A stretch of DNA of 63,652 bases, the filler included, from Octopus bimaculoides (taxonomy: Eukaryota), in NCBI RefSeq assembly GCF_001194135.2. It is 5 parts of 4 records of this genome, joined end to end, with 100 filler letters (N's around TTAATTAATTAA, not from the genome) between each part and the next. Parts side by side here need not be neighbours in the genome. Positions count along the whole stretch, not along the records: positions 19,858 to 28,380 come from NC_068989.1; positions 28,481 to 39,694 come from NC_068987.1; positions 39,795 to 61,301 come from NC_068988.1; 2 more parts are not named here. One strand, 5' to 3'. Positions within the stretch are counted from its first letter, which is position 1; each line of letters starts with the position of its first letter. This document shows, piece after piece, positions 27,151-39,939 of this stretch. The translations under genes were made by a program, and so were the position numbers. The notes beneath the pieces were generated by a model, which worked only from the letters and a program-made list of their open reading frames with translations, had not been told where the DNA came from and ran no database searches.

Positions 27151-27595
27151 CACACACACACACACAAACTCACACACACACACACACACATATATATATA
27201 CATACATATATGCATATATGTGCATGTACGTGTGTGTGTGTTTGTGTGCGTGTGTGTGTTTGTGTGTGTGTGTGTGTGTGTTAAAATGGGTCAAGTAATA
27301 AAGCCAAGCTTGCATATTAATATTTTCCGCAACTCAATTTATTGATTGCAACAACCCCATAAAGTAACTGGAACTCATCCGGACGCCGGTGTTAAACTAC
27401 AGATTTGGTTTCTAAGATATAAAAACAACCATAGCTACACATTCAGAATTGCAAGCGGATGTACATAAGCACACACATATGATCTCATACACACACACAC
27501 ACACAAACATAGCCGCATGCATTTGTTAAATTGCTTATTACGTATGGGACCTTTTGTCTTGCATACCAGTGGATACGAGAAACATAAAATATATA

Positions 27596-28294
27596 CAGGG
27601 CGCCGATCGAAAAAGGAGCCCGGATTCCGTAGCCTATTGTAAATATAGAAATAAATTTAGAAACACGAGAAAGCAATCAGCCTTTTGTTTGCAAGTGTCA
27701 TTGTGTTATTTCAACCGCTTGTAACTGCTGTTCAGAAGCCATGGGTAGTAATTTACTAGTTTCCTTCGGTCAGCCACTTTTAATTGCTGTACACAGGCTT
27801 CAACTGTAGACTTTTAAACACTTGTCGGCATGACCTTCTGCTTATGTGAAACTGCTGCGCTGGCTTACGTCTTGGCTTCTTTGTTGTTTCGAGTAATCCT
27901 TTGGCGAATGTCCTGAATAACTTCCGGCGTTCGAACTGTGGGGTCTCTTTGTTTTGGGGCGTTGTGCGAAGACCCCGTAGCGCGTCACTTCAAACCAACA
28001 TTTGTATCGCTCTCTTCGCCTGTGGGCCTTTACCCGGAAACTTGACTTCGAAAATTTCACTCGTTTGCTTCACAGAACCCATTCTCACGTACGATTCCAC
28101 AATCTCCACTCTTCGTCTTCTTGCAGAAAAGGTGGGAGATATTCACCCAATGCAGTCTTGCAATCAACTAATGCGGTGAGGATGACGTAGCAAACAGTCA
28201 ACTACTGCGCGATCTTTGTTCAGCAGTTACAAGCTATCGAAATAACATAGCACTTGTCAACGAAAGGCTGGGTTCTATTTCGTGCGCCATCTTG
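27596..28294 (-). mobile_element. Internally deleted Tc1/mariner element with HTH (DUF4817-like) transposase relic
   Basis: TA|cagggcgccgatcgaaaaaggagcccg left end, degenerate matching right end ...catcttg|TA; minus-strand RRVEIVESYVRMGSVKQTSEIFEVKFPGK...K*RATGS...PTVRTPEVIQDIRQRITR. Confidence 0.75.
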
Positions 28295-28296
28295 TA

Positions 28297-28327
<31 letters not shown>

Positions 28328-28349
28328 CACATGTTTTCTATGTCCAATA

Positions 28350-28380
<31 letters not shown>

Positions 28381-28480
28381 NNNNNNNNNNNNNNNNNNNN
28401 NNNNNNNNNNNNNNNNNNNNNNNNTTAATTAATTAANNNNNNNNNNNNNNNNNNNNNNNNNNNNNNNNNNNNNNNNNNNN

Positions 28481-28534
<54 letters not shown>

Positions 28535-28914
28535 GGTATGTATGTAGGTATGTATGTATGTATATATAGGGAGAGAGAATGAATACTAATCGCACACATG
28601 TTCATATCAAATACGTTAATCTCTCCTGTTTTCTCTTTCTCTCTCACACACACACTAAATAAATGTTACTAGCACAAAACACACACACACACACACACAC
28701 ACATTTTGGCGTGTGTGAGTGTATTTGGGCGCGTGTTCGTACGTACGATGTATGATTGTCTGTATGCATGTATGTATGTATTTTGATTGGCAATGATACA
28801 TCTGAAGCATCACGTGTAAGTATGGTGTTGTGAATGTACGTGTGTGTGTGTGTGTGTGTCCATACATACGTGCGTATGTATATATATATATATATGTGTG
28901 TGTGTGTATAGAGA

Positions 28915-28929
28915 TAGATAGATAGATAA

Positions 28930-29000
<71 letters not shown>
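28915..29000. repeat. (GATA)n microsatellite
   Basis: Direct reading. Confidence 0.95.
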
Positions 29001-29244
29001 TGTGTGTGTATGCATGAGCATATATATGTATTATGTATATATAGTCTGACTGGCAATGATGAATCTAAAAGAACATGAATGTGTATGGATGATTAGTTAC
29101 GCGTGTGTTAAATACTGTGTGATAGAGAAAAAGAAATAGAGAGAGGGAGAGAGAGAGAGAGAGACTGTCTTTTTAAAAGCTAGTTAACTTTTCCCTTCCA
29201 CATGAATTATAATTGAAAGCTATCTTATGCTTTATTATAACGTA

Positions 29245-29700
29245 AGGCGGAAAGCTGGTGGAATTGTTAGCACGCCTTAACCTTAGCACGTCTCCCAATT
29301 CGTTCTGAGTTCAAATTGGCAGCATCGTTAAGCACGCCGGGCGAAATGCGTAGCGGTATTTCGTCTGCCGTTACGTTCTGAGTTCAAATTCCGCCGAGGT
29401 CAACTTTGCCTTTCATCCTTTCAGGGTCGATAAATTAAGTACCAGTTACGCACTGGGGTCGATGTAATCGACTTAATCTCTTTGTTCTTGTTTGTCCCTT
29501 CTATGTTTAGCCCCTTGTGGGCAATAAAGAAATAAGAAACGTTAGCATGCTGGGAAAAATGATAAGCGGTATTCCGTACGTCTTTACGTCGTGATTTCAA
29601 ATTGCGTCGATAAAATAAGTGCCAGGTGGACACTGGGGTCGATGTAATCGACTCGCCTCTCCCAAAAATTGCCGGTCCTTTGCCAAAATTTACAAGTGAG
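29245..29700 (+). mobile_element. Three tandem SINE family C units
   Basis: Head restarts at about 29245, 29318 and 29539. Confidence 0.8.
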
Positions 29701-30867
29701 TTAGATGAGCGCTGAGGAAAGGGCAATAATCCCCGAAATATGGCATATACACTCATTACCTAATTCCGTCTCCGATCACATTGTCTGTTAACATCAGACG
29801 TCTCGATACGAAACGCTGTAGCAAACATCAATGCTGGCTCTAAGTTCTATAGAATATCTGTAGAAACAGCCTTAACAAAATCCTCAATATTTTACTTCTT
29901 TGAATCCTGGAAATTCAACGCTTTATAAATATTTCTAATTTCTATGTTCGTTTCAAATTTTAGAACAATGCATTTCGCCCGGCGTGCTAACGTTTCTGCC
30001 AGCTCGCCGCCTTGATGCAACCACAGCTCTACGCAGTTGCAAAGACTGGTAAAAACAACAGTCAAATCTTCCTGAAATCATTCTCAAGGATCTTAGAAAA
30101 TGAGTTCATTTGGTCACAGAACGTAAAGTCGGGGGAAATGCCGCTAAGCATTTTGATTGGCGTACTAACAATTTTACCCTCTCACCGCCATTCAGCGGCT
30201 AAATAATGAAAGCAACATAGGTCTAGAGAAATCGAAAGGTGGAGATCGAAGTCCCATGACACGAAGTTTCGCCATCCTCCCTGCAATGTTTGGCGGATCA
30301 TCTTTAAACTCAGCCAGCCACGCGGTCAAAAGCAGTTAACTCACTTTTAAATCACAACGTACAGTCTTGCATAAACGATGTAGACATTGGATATTGTGAT
30401 GATAGACGCACTGTAATGAAAAAGGAAAACGAAAAGATAAATAAAAACGAGATAGTTATGGGCGAAAACGCATCTGTTTGATTGGATATGATCCGGCGGT
30501 AAGATAACAAAACATCACCAAGGACGACTACGGCTACGACAACGATTGCGATACTCTTTATTTCTTGTGCACCCTCTCCGTACTATAATGCTTGTTTTTT
30601 TTTTATTGCTTGGAAGAGCCGAGCCATTTAAACGTCTTTGCTATAAGCAAATTGATACACTATTAAATCGACCAGGTGTAAGTCTCATTGTGGTTCCGAA
30701 TCTGTGTATTTTCTTTACACCCTTTCAACAAACAATATGGCGTAGTGTCTAGCATCGACACAACTCACATATTCACGTAGGCTTGAACAGATGCATGTGC
30801 TCATACGATTACAAACATTTTCTCTGTCTCTCTCTGTCTCTCTCTCTCTGTCTTTTTTCTCTCACAC

Positions 30868-30917
<50 letters not shown>

Positions 30918-31309
30918 AGTAATCATGACACAACATTTATATATCTCTTAAAAAAACACCAGCAAAGTGTGTCGTTTAAAAAAAAAATGATGAATCACGC
31001 CTGTTATTTATTTAACATTCTATATCGAGTTATTTAAAACAGAAGCATAGACTTGTAATTTTTATTTTTTTTTTGTTATTATTAAAACCAACAAACCGAC
31101 AAATTACAAACTTAGCATTACAAACCTTTTAGTACTACATATTTGCAATGATAGGACGCGTGCAACGCACACACATACACACACACGCTCAAAATTATAT
31201 GTATGTAAGTTATGCATGTATTTTTGCGTGTGTATATTTGATATGAATTCACTAAACCGTTTAATTCTGTACCATATTGCACAGCACCAAATATCTTAAG
31301 TTATTATCT

Positions 31310-31520
31310 TTTGTCTTGCTTCAGTCACACGACTGCAGCCATGCAAGATCACTGCCTCAAGGCATGTTTAATCTAGAAAATCGATCCAAGCATTTGCTGA
31401 TATATTTTCTGTCCATTGCTTTTGCCGAACCGCTGGACACAATAAATTAAATTAAAGCTAAAACACTAATTCTCAAGTGGTGACGGGAAGGGAGTAACCA
31501 CAATCACAGAGACACACACG
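31310..31520 (-). mobile_element. SINE family A, diverged 3' half
   Basis: gcttcagtca...gactgcagccatgc...ttttgccgaaccgct. Confidence 0.6.
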
Positions 31521-31666
31521 CATATATAAGCCTATATATATATATATATATATATACATATATATACAGTAAATCCCCAAAAGTAGAACAAACACAAAAA
31601 AACAACAACGCGAGGACGTGGTACATGTAAAGTATTAGCAGATGCTTAGGGAAGTAAAGAGAGATG

Positions 31667-31702
31667 ATTTAACGTTTCGAGCGGACGCTCTTCTTCGGAA
31701 AC
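31667..31702 (-). ncRNA. Penelope-type minimal hammerhead-like motif (core CCGAAGA, triplet GUU)
   Basis: Minus strand guuu-CCGAAGA-A-gagc(gucc)gcuc-GAAAC-GUU-aaau. Confidence 0.45.
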
Positions 31703-31876
31703 AGGAAATTCGAATAGAAGGGAAGACGGAGGAAGAAAATCGCCAACGATTTACATGTGGTTACACACACATACACACACACACACACACACANNNNNNN
31801 NNNTATATAGCGGACTTCCTTACATACATGTTTATTAATGACGCAAGCATGGAACTCTTCCATTCAGAATGTATGT

Positions 31877-32201
31877 GAGGGAACCCTCTTTGGTCATGAA
31901 TGACTATCAGATTGCACCTAGAAAGTTACCCTTCGAGGCACAAGTCCGGGCAAGGTTGTTTATGGAAGGCCAGCAGTCGCCCATGCATACCAGCCTCCCA
32001 TCTCCACACCACTGATGTTATCCAAGGGAAAGGCAAAGGGGCTGATACGTCGCAACTCATTTCTACAGCTGAGTTAACTGAAACAACGTGAAATAAAGTG
32101 CCTTGCTCAAGAACACAACACGCAACCAGGTCCGGGATTCGAACTCACAACCTCACGATCGTAAGCTCAACGCTATAACCACTGAGCCATGCGCCTTCAC
32201 T
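31877..32201 (-). mobile_element. SINE family D (tRNA head, CORE-like domain, distinct tail) with 10-bp TSD
   Basis: TSD gaatgtatgt at 31867-31876 and 32202-32211; head gtgaaggcgcatggctcagtggtt...gagttcgaatccc. Confidence 0.85.
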
Positions 32202-32300
32202 GAATGTATGTAGACCTACATATATATACAAACATATGCATACGTTTACATGCATGCACACACACATATATATATACATATATATATACGTATATAAGTG

Positions 32301-32365
<65 letters not shown>

Positions 32366-32423
32366 TTGAAATTTACAGAACCAATGACGAAGATAAACAA
32401 CAAGCTAAGGAAGGTGAGAAAGT

Positions 32424-32459
32424 CTTTTACGTTTCGAGCCTACGCTCTTCAACAGAAAG
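32424..32459 (-). ncRNA. Penelope-type minimal hammerhead-like motif (core CUGUUGA, triplet GUA)
   Basis: Minus strand cuuu-CUGUUGA-A-gagc(guag)gcuc-GAAAC-GUA-aaag. Confidence 0.5.
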
Positions 32460-34019
32460 GAACACGTGGAAGTAAACAGAGAAAGAATTGAGGGAGAGAG
32501 GGAGAGAGGGAGAGAGGGAGAGAGGGAGAGACCGAGAGTGAGAGAGAGAGATACATATATTCATACATACCCACATACGTATATAGTGAATGCTTTATCT
32601 GCACATATGATTGTATTCTTTCTGTACTCATACACACGTACGTACGTACATACATACATAAATGCATACATATTTATATGTAGTACGCGTGGGTGTACGT
32701 GCGTGTGTGGGTGTGTACAAAAAATCAAAACAAATATTTATTTACATTTTGCATGTTTATTTTTTATTTTATTTTCCCTTTTAATTTCTAATTACACATG
32801 CAGGAATTTCGTTGACGGCTTCTTGTTTATATTTTCAATGGCAATCGGCATGACGTTGAAAGTCAAGTCTGGTCCCACTGGGAAAGTCATTTAGCAAATA
32901 ATGAAGTGTCTCTATCGTATAATTATAGATTCATTAAAATAATAGGGAAAAGGCGATCAGTATTACACAGCTTCTCTCTCCCGCTTTTCACTTTCTGTCT
33001 CTTAACCATCATTTCTATACATCTCTCTCTCTCGCACACTTATAATTTGTGCACTGCCATTTCCCCCACTCATTGAACTCAAATTCTACAAAGACAATGT
33101 CATGCTTTTAAACTTTAAGAGTTTGTTTTGTTCTCAAATTGGGTTGCATGCCTCTCCCTCTAATAATTTTCGACATAATTTAACTTATACAAATGTTTTT
33201 TTCTTGTCTATCATGTACATATTTTATTTAATGTTATTTATGTATTTATTTACAGTAAATCTAATCTACTGGCATAGAAAACATTGGAATAAAACAATAA
33301 TAAAGAAGACAAAATAATATATTTAAAACAATCACTTTTTAATCTTTCATTCATCACCTTCCAAAAGATTGGTTGTTAAAGCTTCACCTCTGCAAAACAT
33401 TTCTGTTTGTTTTTGATAATAACGAAAATATATTCTTCAGCACGAATATGGTAACAAGTTTAATTCATAATTTTTTAAAAGTATTTTACAGTTTATTTTC
33501 TCAGCAACATTTTCTTGTTTTGCTTTTATCATTAATTTCACTGGAAATTTAAAATATATAAAAAGAAAATTGTTTTCACCAACTGATATGCTAGAAAAGT
33601 GATGAATGTGTAAAAATTAACTTTTCTTGTTTTTAATAATTTCCTATGAAAATTTTATTTGATTGTTTTTAGTACTTCTTATATAATTTATTTCGGGTTT
33701 TAATGTGAATATTAATTTTACTTGTGAAAAGACAACAAATGATGACATTCCAAATGAATGTTCCCTTTTCACTGTCCCAATTTCCATAAAGTATTTTAAT
33801 TGTTTCTTTATTAAATATGAAAATTAGAATATTAGGTGAATGTGAGGTGCGATGGGGAAAATCTCTTATCTGGAATCCAATTATTTTTGCATATTTCACA
33901 AATTTATATGGTATATGTGAGTAACTATTTGTGTTTCAGCAGGAATTTAATTGTGTGTATGTATATATATATATATATGTGAGTATTTGTATGTGTGTGT
34001 GCGTGTGTGTGTGCGTGCT

Positions 34020-34056
<37 letters not shown>

Positions 34057-34158
34057 GTATAAGTATATATATATACATATGTGTGTATATACGCACACAT
34101 GTATGTATGTTTGTGTGTATATATAGTTCCTTGTAGAGAAAGGCATAGATAGATAGGT

Positions 34159-34195
<37 letters not shown>

Positions 34196-34219
34196 NNNNN
34201 NNNNNATAGATAGATAGGT

Positions 34220-34276
<57 letters not shown>

Positions 34277-34393
34277 TAGATAGATACAGGTATATAGACA
34301 TATATAGATATACATATATACTCATTTATTTATTTCAGTCATTAGACTAAGGTCAAGCTAGGGCACTGTCGTAAAAGGTTTAGTGACACACAC

Positions 34394-34474
<81 letters not shown>

Positions 34475-34819
34475 TGTGTATGCATATGCATCTACATGCG
34501 AAAGGCTTCTTCNNNNNNNNNNNNNNNNNNNNNNNNNNNNNNNNNNNNNNNNNNNNNNNNNNNNNNNNNNNNNNNNNNNNNNNNNNNNNNNNNNNNNNNN
34601 NNNNNNNNNNNNNNNNNNNNNNNNNNNNNNNNNNNNNNNNNNNNNNNNNNNNNNNNNNNNNNNNNNNNNNNNNNNNNNNNNNNNNNNNNNNNNNNNNNNN
34701 NNNNNNNNNNNNNNNNNNNNNNNNNNNNNNNNNNNNNNNNNNNNNNNNNNNNNNNNNNNNNNNNNNNNNNNNNNNNNNNNNNNNNNNNNNNNNNNNNNNN
34801 NNNNNNNNNNNNNNNNNNN

Positions 34820-34960
34820 TGGTACTTTATTTTATCGAACCGAGAAAGGATGAAGGACAAAGTTGGCCTAAATGGAATTTCAGCACACAGCATGAGGACG
34901 TGGAATAAAAATAACTACACAGGGTTTCCAAGACGCTAACAATTCTATCTGCTCACCGCT
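34820..34960 (-). mobile_element. SINE family C fragment
   Basis: ggtactttatttatcgaaccgagaaaggatgaaggacaaagttg. Confidence 0.65.
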
Positions 34961-34994
34961 GCAGCTTGTTTTGACAGTAACGTTAATTCTCGAC

Positions 34995-35204
34995 GTTAGC
35001 ACACCGGGCCAAATACTTAGCGGTATTTCGTCTGCCGCTACGTTCTGAGTTCAAATTCCGCCGAGGTCGACTTTGCCTTTCATCCTTTCGGGATCGACTA
35101 AATAAGTACCAGTTACGCACTGGGGTTGATATAATCGACTTAATCCCTCTGTCTGTCCTTGTTTGTCCCTCTGTGTGTAGCCCCTTCTGGGTAGTAAAGA
35201 AATA
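34995..35204 (+). mobile_element. 5'-truncated SINE family C with 19-bp TSD
   Basis: agtaacgttaattctcgac at 34976-34994 and 35205-35223. Confidence 0.9.
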
Positions 35205-35231
35205 AGTAACGTTAATTCTCGACTAATAATT

Positions 35232-35445
35232 CTTTCTACTATTGACACAAGGCCTGAAATTTGGGTGGGAAGGAACTATTTGATTACATCAACCCCAGTG
35301 TCTCACTGGTACTTAATTTATCGACTCCAGAAGGGTGAAAGGCAAAGTCGACCACGGCGGAATTTGAACTCAGAACGTAAAGACGGACGAATTACCGCAA
35401 AGCATTTTGTCCGGCGTGCTAACGGCCCTACCAACTCGCCGCCTT
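35232..35445 (-). mobile_element. SINE family C
   Basis: Reverse complement of the family C body and head. Confidence 0.85.
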
Positions 35446-35759
35446 AAATTCTCAACTGCTAAATTTTGAGAAACGTTTATACTTTTATACATGAAACAAA
35501 ATTTCATTTTGCTTGTCAAGGTGTCTGCTTAAATCATACGCTTTTAGCATTAAATATTGAAGAAAATTAACGATATAATCGAAATCTTTAGAATAATTAA
35601 CCATGTTCGACCATTAGATATTGGTGAAAAAAAAATCGAACCTTTAACAATTTCTTGAAAATCTATAAATTTTGGTATCAACATAGAAACAAAAAAATTT
35701 CGAAACTGTGAAATTTCCATGAGGGTCGGTAGAGGAATATTAATACGATTTCGTTAATC

Positions 35760-36118
35760 CTTTACTATTTTCAGTCTTTGGTTTGCGGTCATGCTGGAGC
35801 ACTACGTTGAAGGGTTTTAGTCGACCCCAAGACATATTTTAAGTCTCGTACTTATTCTGTTAGATCTTATTTCCTGAACCGCAAAGTTTGCTTGATGTAA
35901 GCAAACCAACATCGGTCGACAGTTGGTGTGAGGACAAACATGAACGCAAAGACACGACCGCACGCACATACGTTTATGTGTACGATGGACTTCCACGCAG
36001 TTTCTTTTTATCAAGGTCACTCACAACGCATTGATCGGCTCGATGTTATGGTAAGAAGACACTTGCTCAAGGATATACGCAGTGAGGCTGAACCCAAAAC
36101 CGCGTTGTTGTAAAACAA
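35760..36118 (-). mobile_element. SINE family A variant
   Basis: Tail to head colinear with 5560-5958. Confidence 0.75.
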
Positions 36119-36891
36119 GCCTCAGAACTCAGAACTCAGAGAGTTTAATCAAGTTGGATAGGGTGACATTTGAGGACGAAAATGAGGAGGGTTTCTTGAA
36201 ACCAGGGGCTTCATCTGAATACTTGCAATAAAAGCCATCCAAGCTGGTGGATACCTGGTGGTGGTGTATACTCGCGTGAGAGGTTAAATGAGAGTGCAAG
36301 GCATCGCTATATATACCGTGAGAGCCCTCGTTCTGTTTCCTTATCGGCCCCAAAATATGAAAGGCAAAGCTAACCTCAGCGAGATTTGAAATCAGTGCAC
36401 CGAGCATCAGAAGAAAATGCGAAAAACATTTTCTTCTATACAGTTACGAGTCTTCTAAAGGATCCAAGAAAACAATTATCCCACATATAAAAGCGATTTT
36501 ACATCTACTTATCTTTTATTTTTTACTTGTTACAGTCATTAGACTGCGGCCATGCTGGGGCACATTCAAATCCGACCGACACAGCTAGACGGGCAAAGAT
36601 AACCTCAATAGCATTTGGAAACATGGCGCAGCGTGTCAAAACACAGACTGCAAGACAATTAATCCTACACACCAACGACAACGTGTTTGCTAAGGGATAC
36701 ATAGAAAAACAAAAAAAAAGATTGTTCCACATTTAAAACTAGTTTGGCATCTGTTTATATCCAAATCCGACATACACAACAACTGATCGATCACGTTGTT
36801 ACAGCAAATTCTGCAAAACAAATACAAGGGAAATACCAAAATGTTACGTTCAGACTAAATACCAAAACGCTGAAGGCCGTTAGAAATAGAA

Positions 36892-36892
<1 letters not shown>

Positions 36893-36960
<68 letters not shown>
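36893..36960. repeat. (TAA)n microsatellite
   Basis: Direct reading. Confidence 0.95.
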
Positions 36961-36961
<1 letters not shown>

Positions 36962-37111
36962 GCATTCCTGAAAATTTGCCCAAGGAATGGTTCTTGGTGT
37001 TGTCTGAATACCAAGGTGTTTTGCTGAAATAATTTTAAATGTTTATTCCAGTTGTTTGCCCCATGGAAAACGGCAACTCTTTAATAAGCATTATTGTTTT
37101 ATTGTTATCAT

Positions 37112-37152
<41 letters not shown>

Positions 37153-37164
37153 TTATTATTACTA

Positions 37165-37219
<55 letters not shown>

Positions 37220-37719
37220 TATTATTATTATTGTTATTATTATTATTATTAATTGACATTTTATGCTATTCGTTTATCACTGCTATTATTCTTTTGTAAT
37301 TTCATGATTATTATTTCATTATATTATTAATATTATTATCTTTATTATTGTTGCCTTTTATTATTGTTTCTTTTTCTTTATTCTATATTATCACTTTTTC
37401 GTTTCTTTTCCTTTTTATTTGTTTATTTATTCAATCTCCATGGCGTACAACTGTAGGCAAGGTGATTATAATTATCAGCTAAAATAATTTCCACGTGGCC
37501 AGGCCTGCTTTCCAGCAGCCGCTCCGGTTTCGTTCCTGCCTTACAACACCCTCTTAACTTAATACCCTAAAACACTAATGGGCGTTATTCTAGATTGCCG
37601 AGTGGACAATTAATTTTTAATCAGTTCCGTACTTAGTTTCCCATCACCCCACCCCGCCCCCGACTGATATTTTGTTCAATATTTGTGTGCTCTTTACTTC
37701 AGTAGACACATTTTTATTA

Positions 37720-37812
37720 TGAGCATAATCGTCATCATTTTCATTATCATCGCCATCGATATTACCGCCATCGTCATTGCCGTTGTCATCGTAATCATCA
37801 TCATCATCATCG

Positions 37813-37855
<43 letters not shown>

Positions 37856-38350
37856 TATCATCGTCGCCATCATCGTCGCCGTCGTCATCGCCATCATCGT
37901 CGTCGTCATCATCATCATCATTATCATTGTCATCATCGCCGTTTTCATCATTGTCATCATCATCATCATCATCATCATTATCATCGTCGCCGTCGTCATC
38001 GACATTATCGTCGTCGTCATCATCATCATTATCATTGTCGTCATCATCGTCATCGCCGTTTTCATCATCATCATCGTCATCATCGTCATCACCGTCGTCA
38101 TCATCGTCGTCATCATTATCGTCATTATAGTCATCATCGTCATCGTTGACACCGCCGTTGTAATCCTCATCAGCATCATCATCATAGTCGTCATCATCAT
38201 CAGCAGCACCACCAGCATCATTGTCTTCTTCGTCTTCTTCCTCATCATCATCATCATCATCATCAGTACTTCCTCAAACACTACAACCACCGCTTCCGCC
38301 CCTTTCCCAATCATCATCAACATCATCATCGCCATTATCATCGTTCCAAA
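37720..38350. repeat. Cryptic (CAT/CGT)n array, about 630 bp, followed by a (GAT)n tract to about 38515
   Basis: Direct reading; source of the poly-I/V and poly-M/T ORFs. Confidence 0.95.
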
Positions 38351-38751
38351 TCTCTCACTCAAACACACACACCCATATATTTGATGAAGAAGACGACAAT
38401 GCTGCTGCTGATGATGATGATGATGACGATTATGATGCTGATTACAACGGCTGTGACAACGATGACAATGATGATGATAATGATATTTATGATGATGACG
38501 ACGATGATAACGATGTGCATGCGTATGTGTGTGTGTGTATGCGTGTAATTGTGTGCGCTTGCGCGTGTGTGCTCGTGTACATACGTACGTATATGCATAT
38601 ACAACGACAACACTATATGTACACAAAACATGCTATCAGAACATGCATACAAACACGTATATGTACATGCAAGCACACACACTCACACACACACACACAT
38701 ACATACATACACGCACGCGTGCATACACACACACACAAGTATATGTATATT

Positions 38752-38965
38752 CTTTTCTACTCTAGGCACAAGGCCCGAAATTTAACGGGAGGGGGCCCTT
38801 TCGATTAAATTGATCACAGTACGCAGCTGATATTTAATTTATCGACCTTGAAAGGAAGAAAGGCAAATTCGACCTCGGCATAATTTGAACTCAGAACGAA
38901 GCAGCAGACGAAATAACGCTGAGCATTTCGCTCGGCGTGCTAACGTTTCTGCCAGCTCGCCGCTT
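38752..38965 (-). mobile_element. SINE family C
   Basis: aggcacaaggcccgaaattt...gtttctgccagctcgccgc. Confidence 0.85.
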
Positions 38966-39289
38966 TCAAGTATATGTACCTTATAGAACTGTAATTTTAT
39001 ATAACATCCACTGAGAATACGCTGTCAAGAAGTTATAATTATTCAGCAATACCCCATTAGCAATATTTACTGCAACTCATTGACAAGCGTAAGTAACTCT
39101 AACACAATTAAGAAGAGATTTCCATCGAGTAAATTACTAAGTTCATTGGACAACTTTTCTGAAAGACAAATTATGATTGGTTCATTCAGAATTTTAATTT
39201 AGCCCTTCGTTTCAATAAATAAACTGTTGGAGCAAACAATTTAGTGAATAAGAACTTAATAAATGATGATAAGCATTTTAATTACAGAA

Positions 39290-39451
39290 TGGAGTGGCTG
39301 TGTGGTAAGTAGATTCCTTACGAACGACATGGTTCCGGGTTCAGTCCTATTGCGTGGCACCTTGGGCAAGTGTCTTCTACTATAGCCTCGGGCCGACCAA
39401 AGCTTTGTGAGTGGATTTGGTAGACGGAAACTGAAAGAAGCCCGTCGTATT

Positions 39452-39486
<35 letters not shown>

Positions 39487-39694
39487 ATGTTTGTGTGTCT
39501 GTGTTTGTCTCCCCAACAACGCTTGACAACCGATGCTGGTGTGTTTACGTCCCCGTCACCTAGCGGTTCGGCAAAAAGAGACCGATAGAATAAGTACTAG
39601 GCTTACAAAGAATAAGTCCTGGGGTCGATTTTCTCGACTAAAGGCGGTGCTCCAGCATGGCCGCAGTCAAATGACTGAAACAAGTAAAGAGATA
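39290..39694 (+). mobile_element. SINE family A, full length
   Basis: Cleanest family A copy in the window. Confidence 0.92.
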
Positions 39695-39939
39695 NNNNNN
39701 NNNNNNNNNNNNNNNNNNNNNNNNNNNNNNNNNNNNNNTTAATTAATTAANNNNNNNNNNNNNNNNNNNNNNNNNNNNNNNNNNNNNNNNNNNNGGGGGA
39801 TACTTTTGATTTTGTTTCCAAAATTAAGCACCGAAATAGTTTCGGAAACTGATTTTAGTAAAGGAATGAAAGCGAGCATGGACACCTTTGAAAAACAGTC
39901 AAACTAAAGTATTCCACATAATTTCCTATGCAAATTATA

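Noticed and set aside
36135-36230. Short plus-strand frame LIKLDRVTFEDENEEGFLKPGASSEYLQ* as a terminal exon
   Set aside because: No recognisable homology or convincing polypyrimidine acceptor; wedged between SINE fragments
37683-38626. 233-aa poly-I/V and 310-aa poly-M/T ORFs
   Set aside because: Translations of a CAT-type microsatellite; no splice or domain evidence
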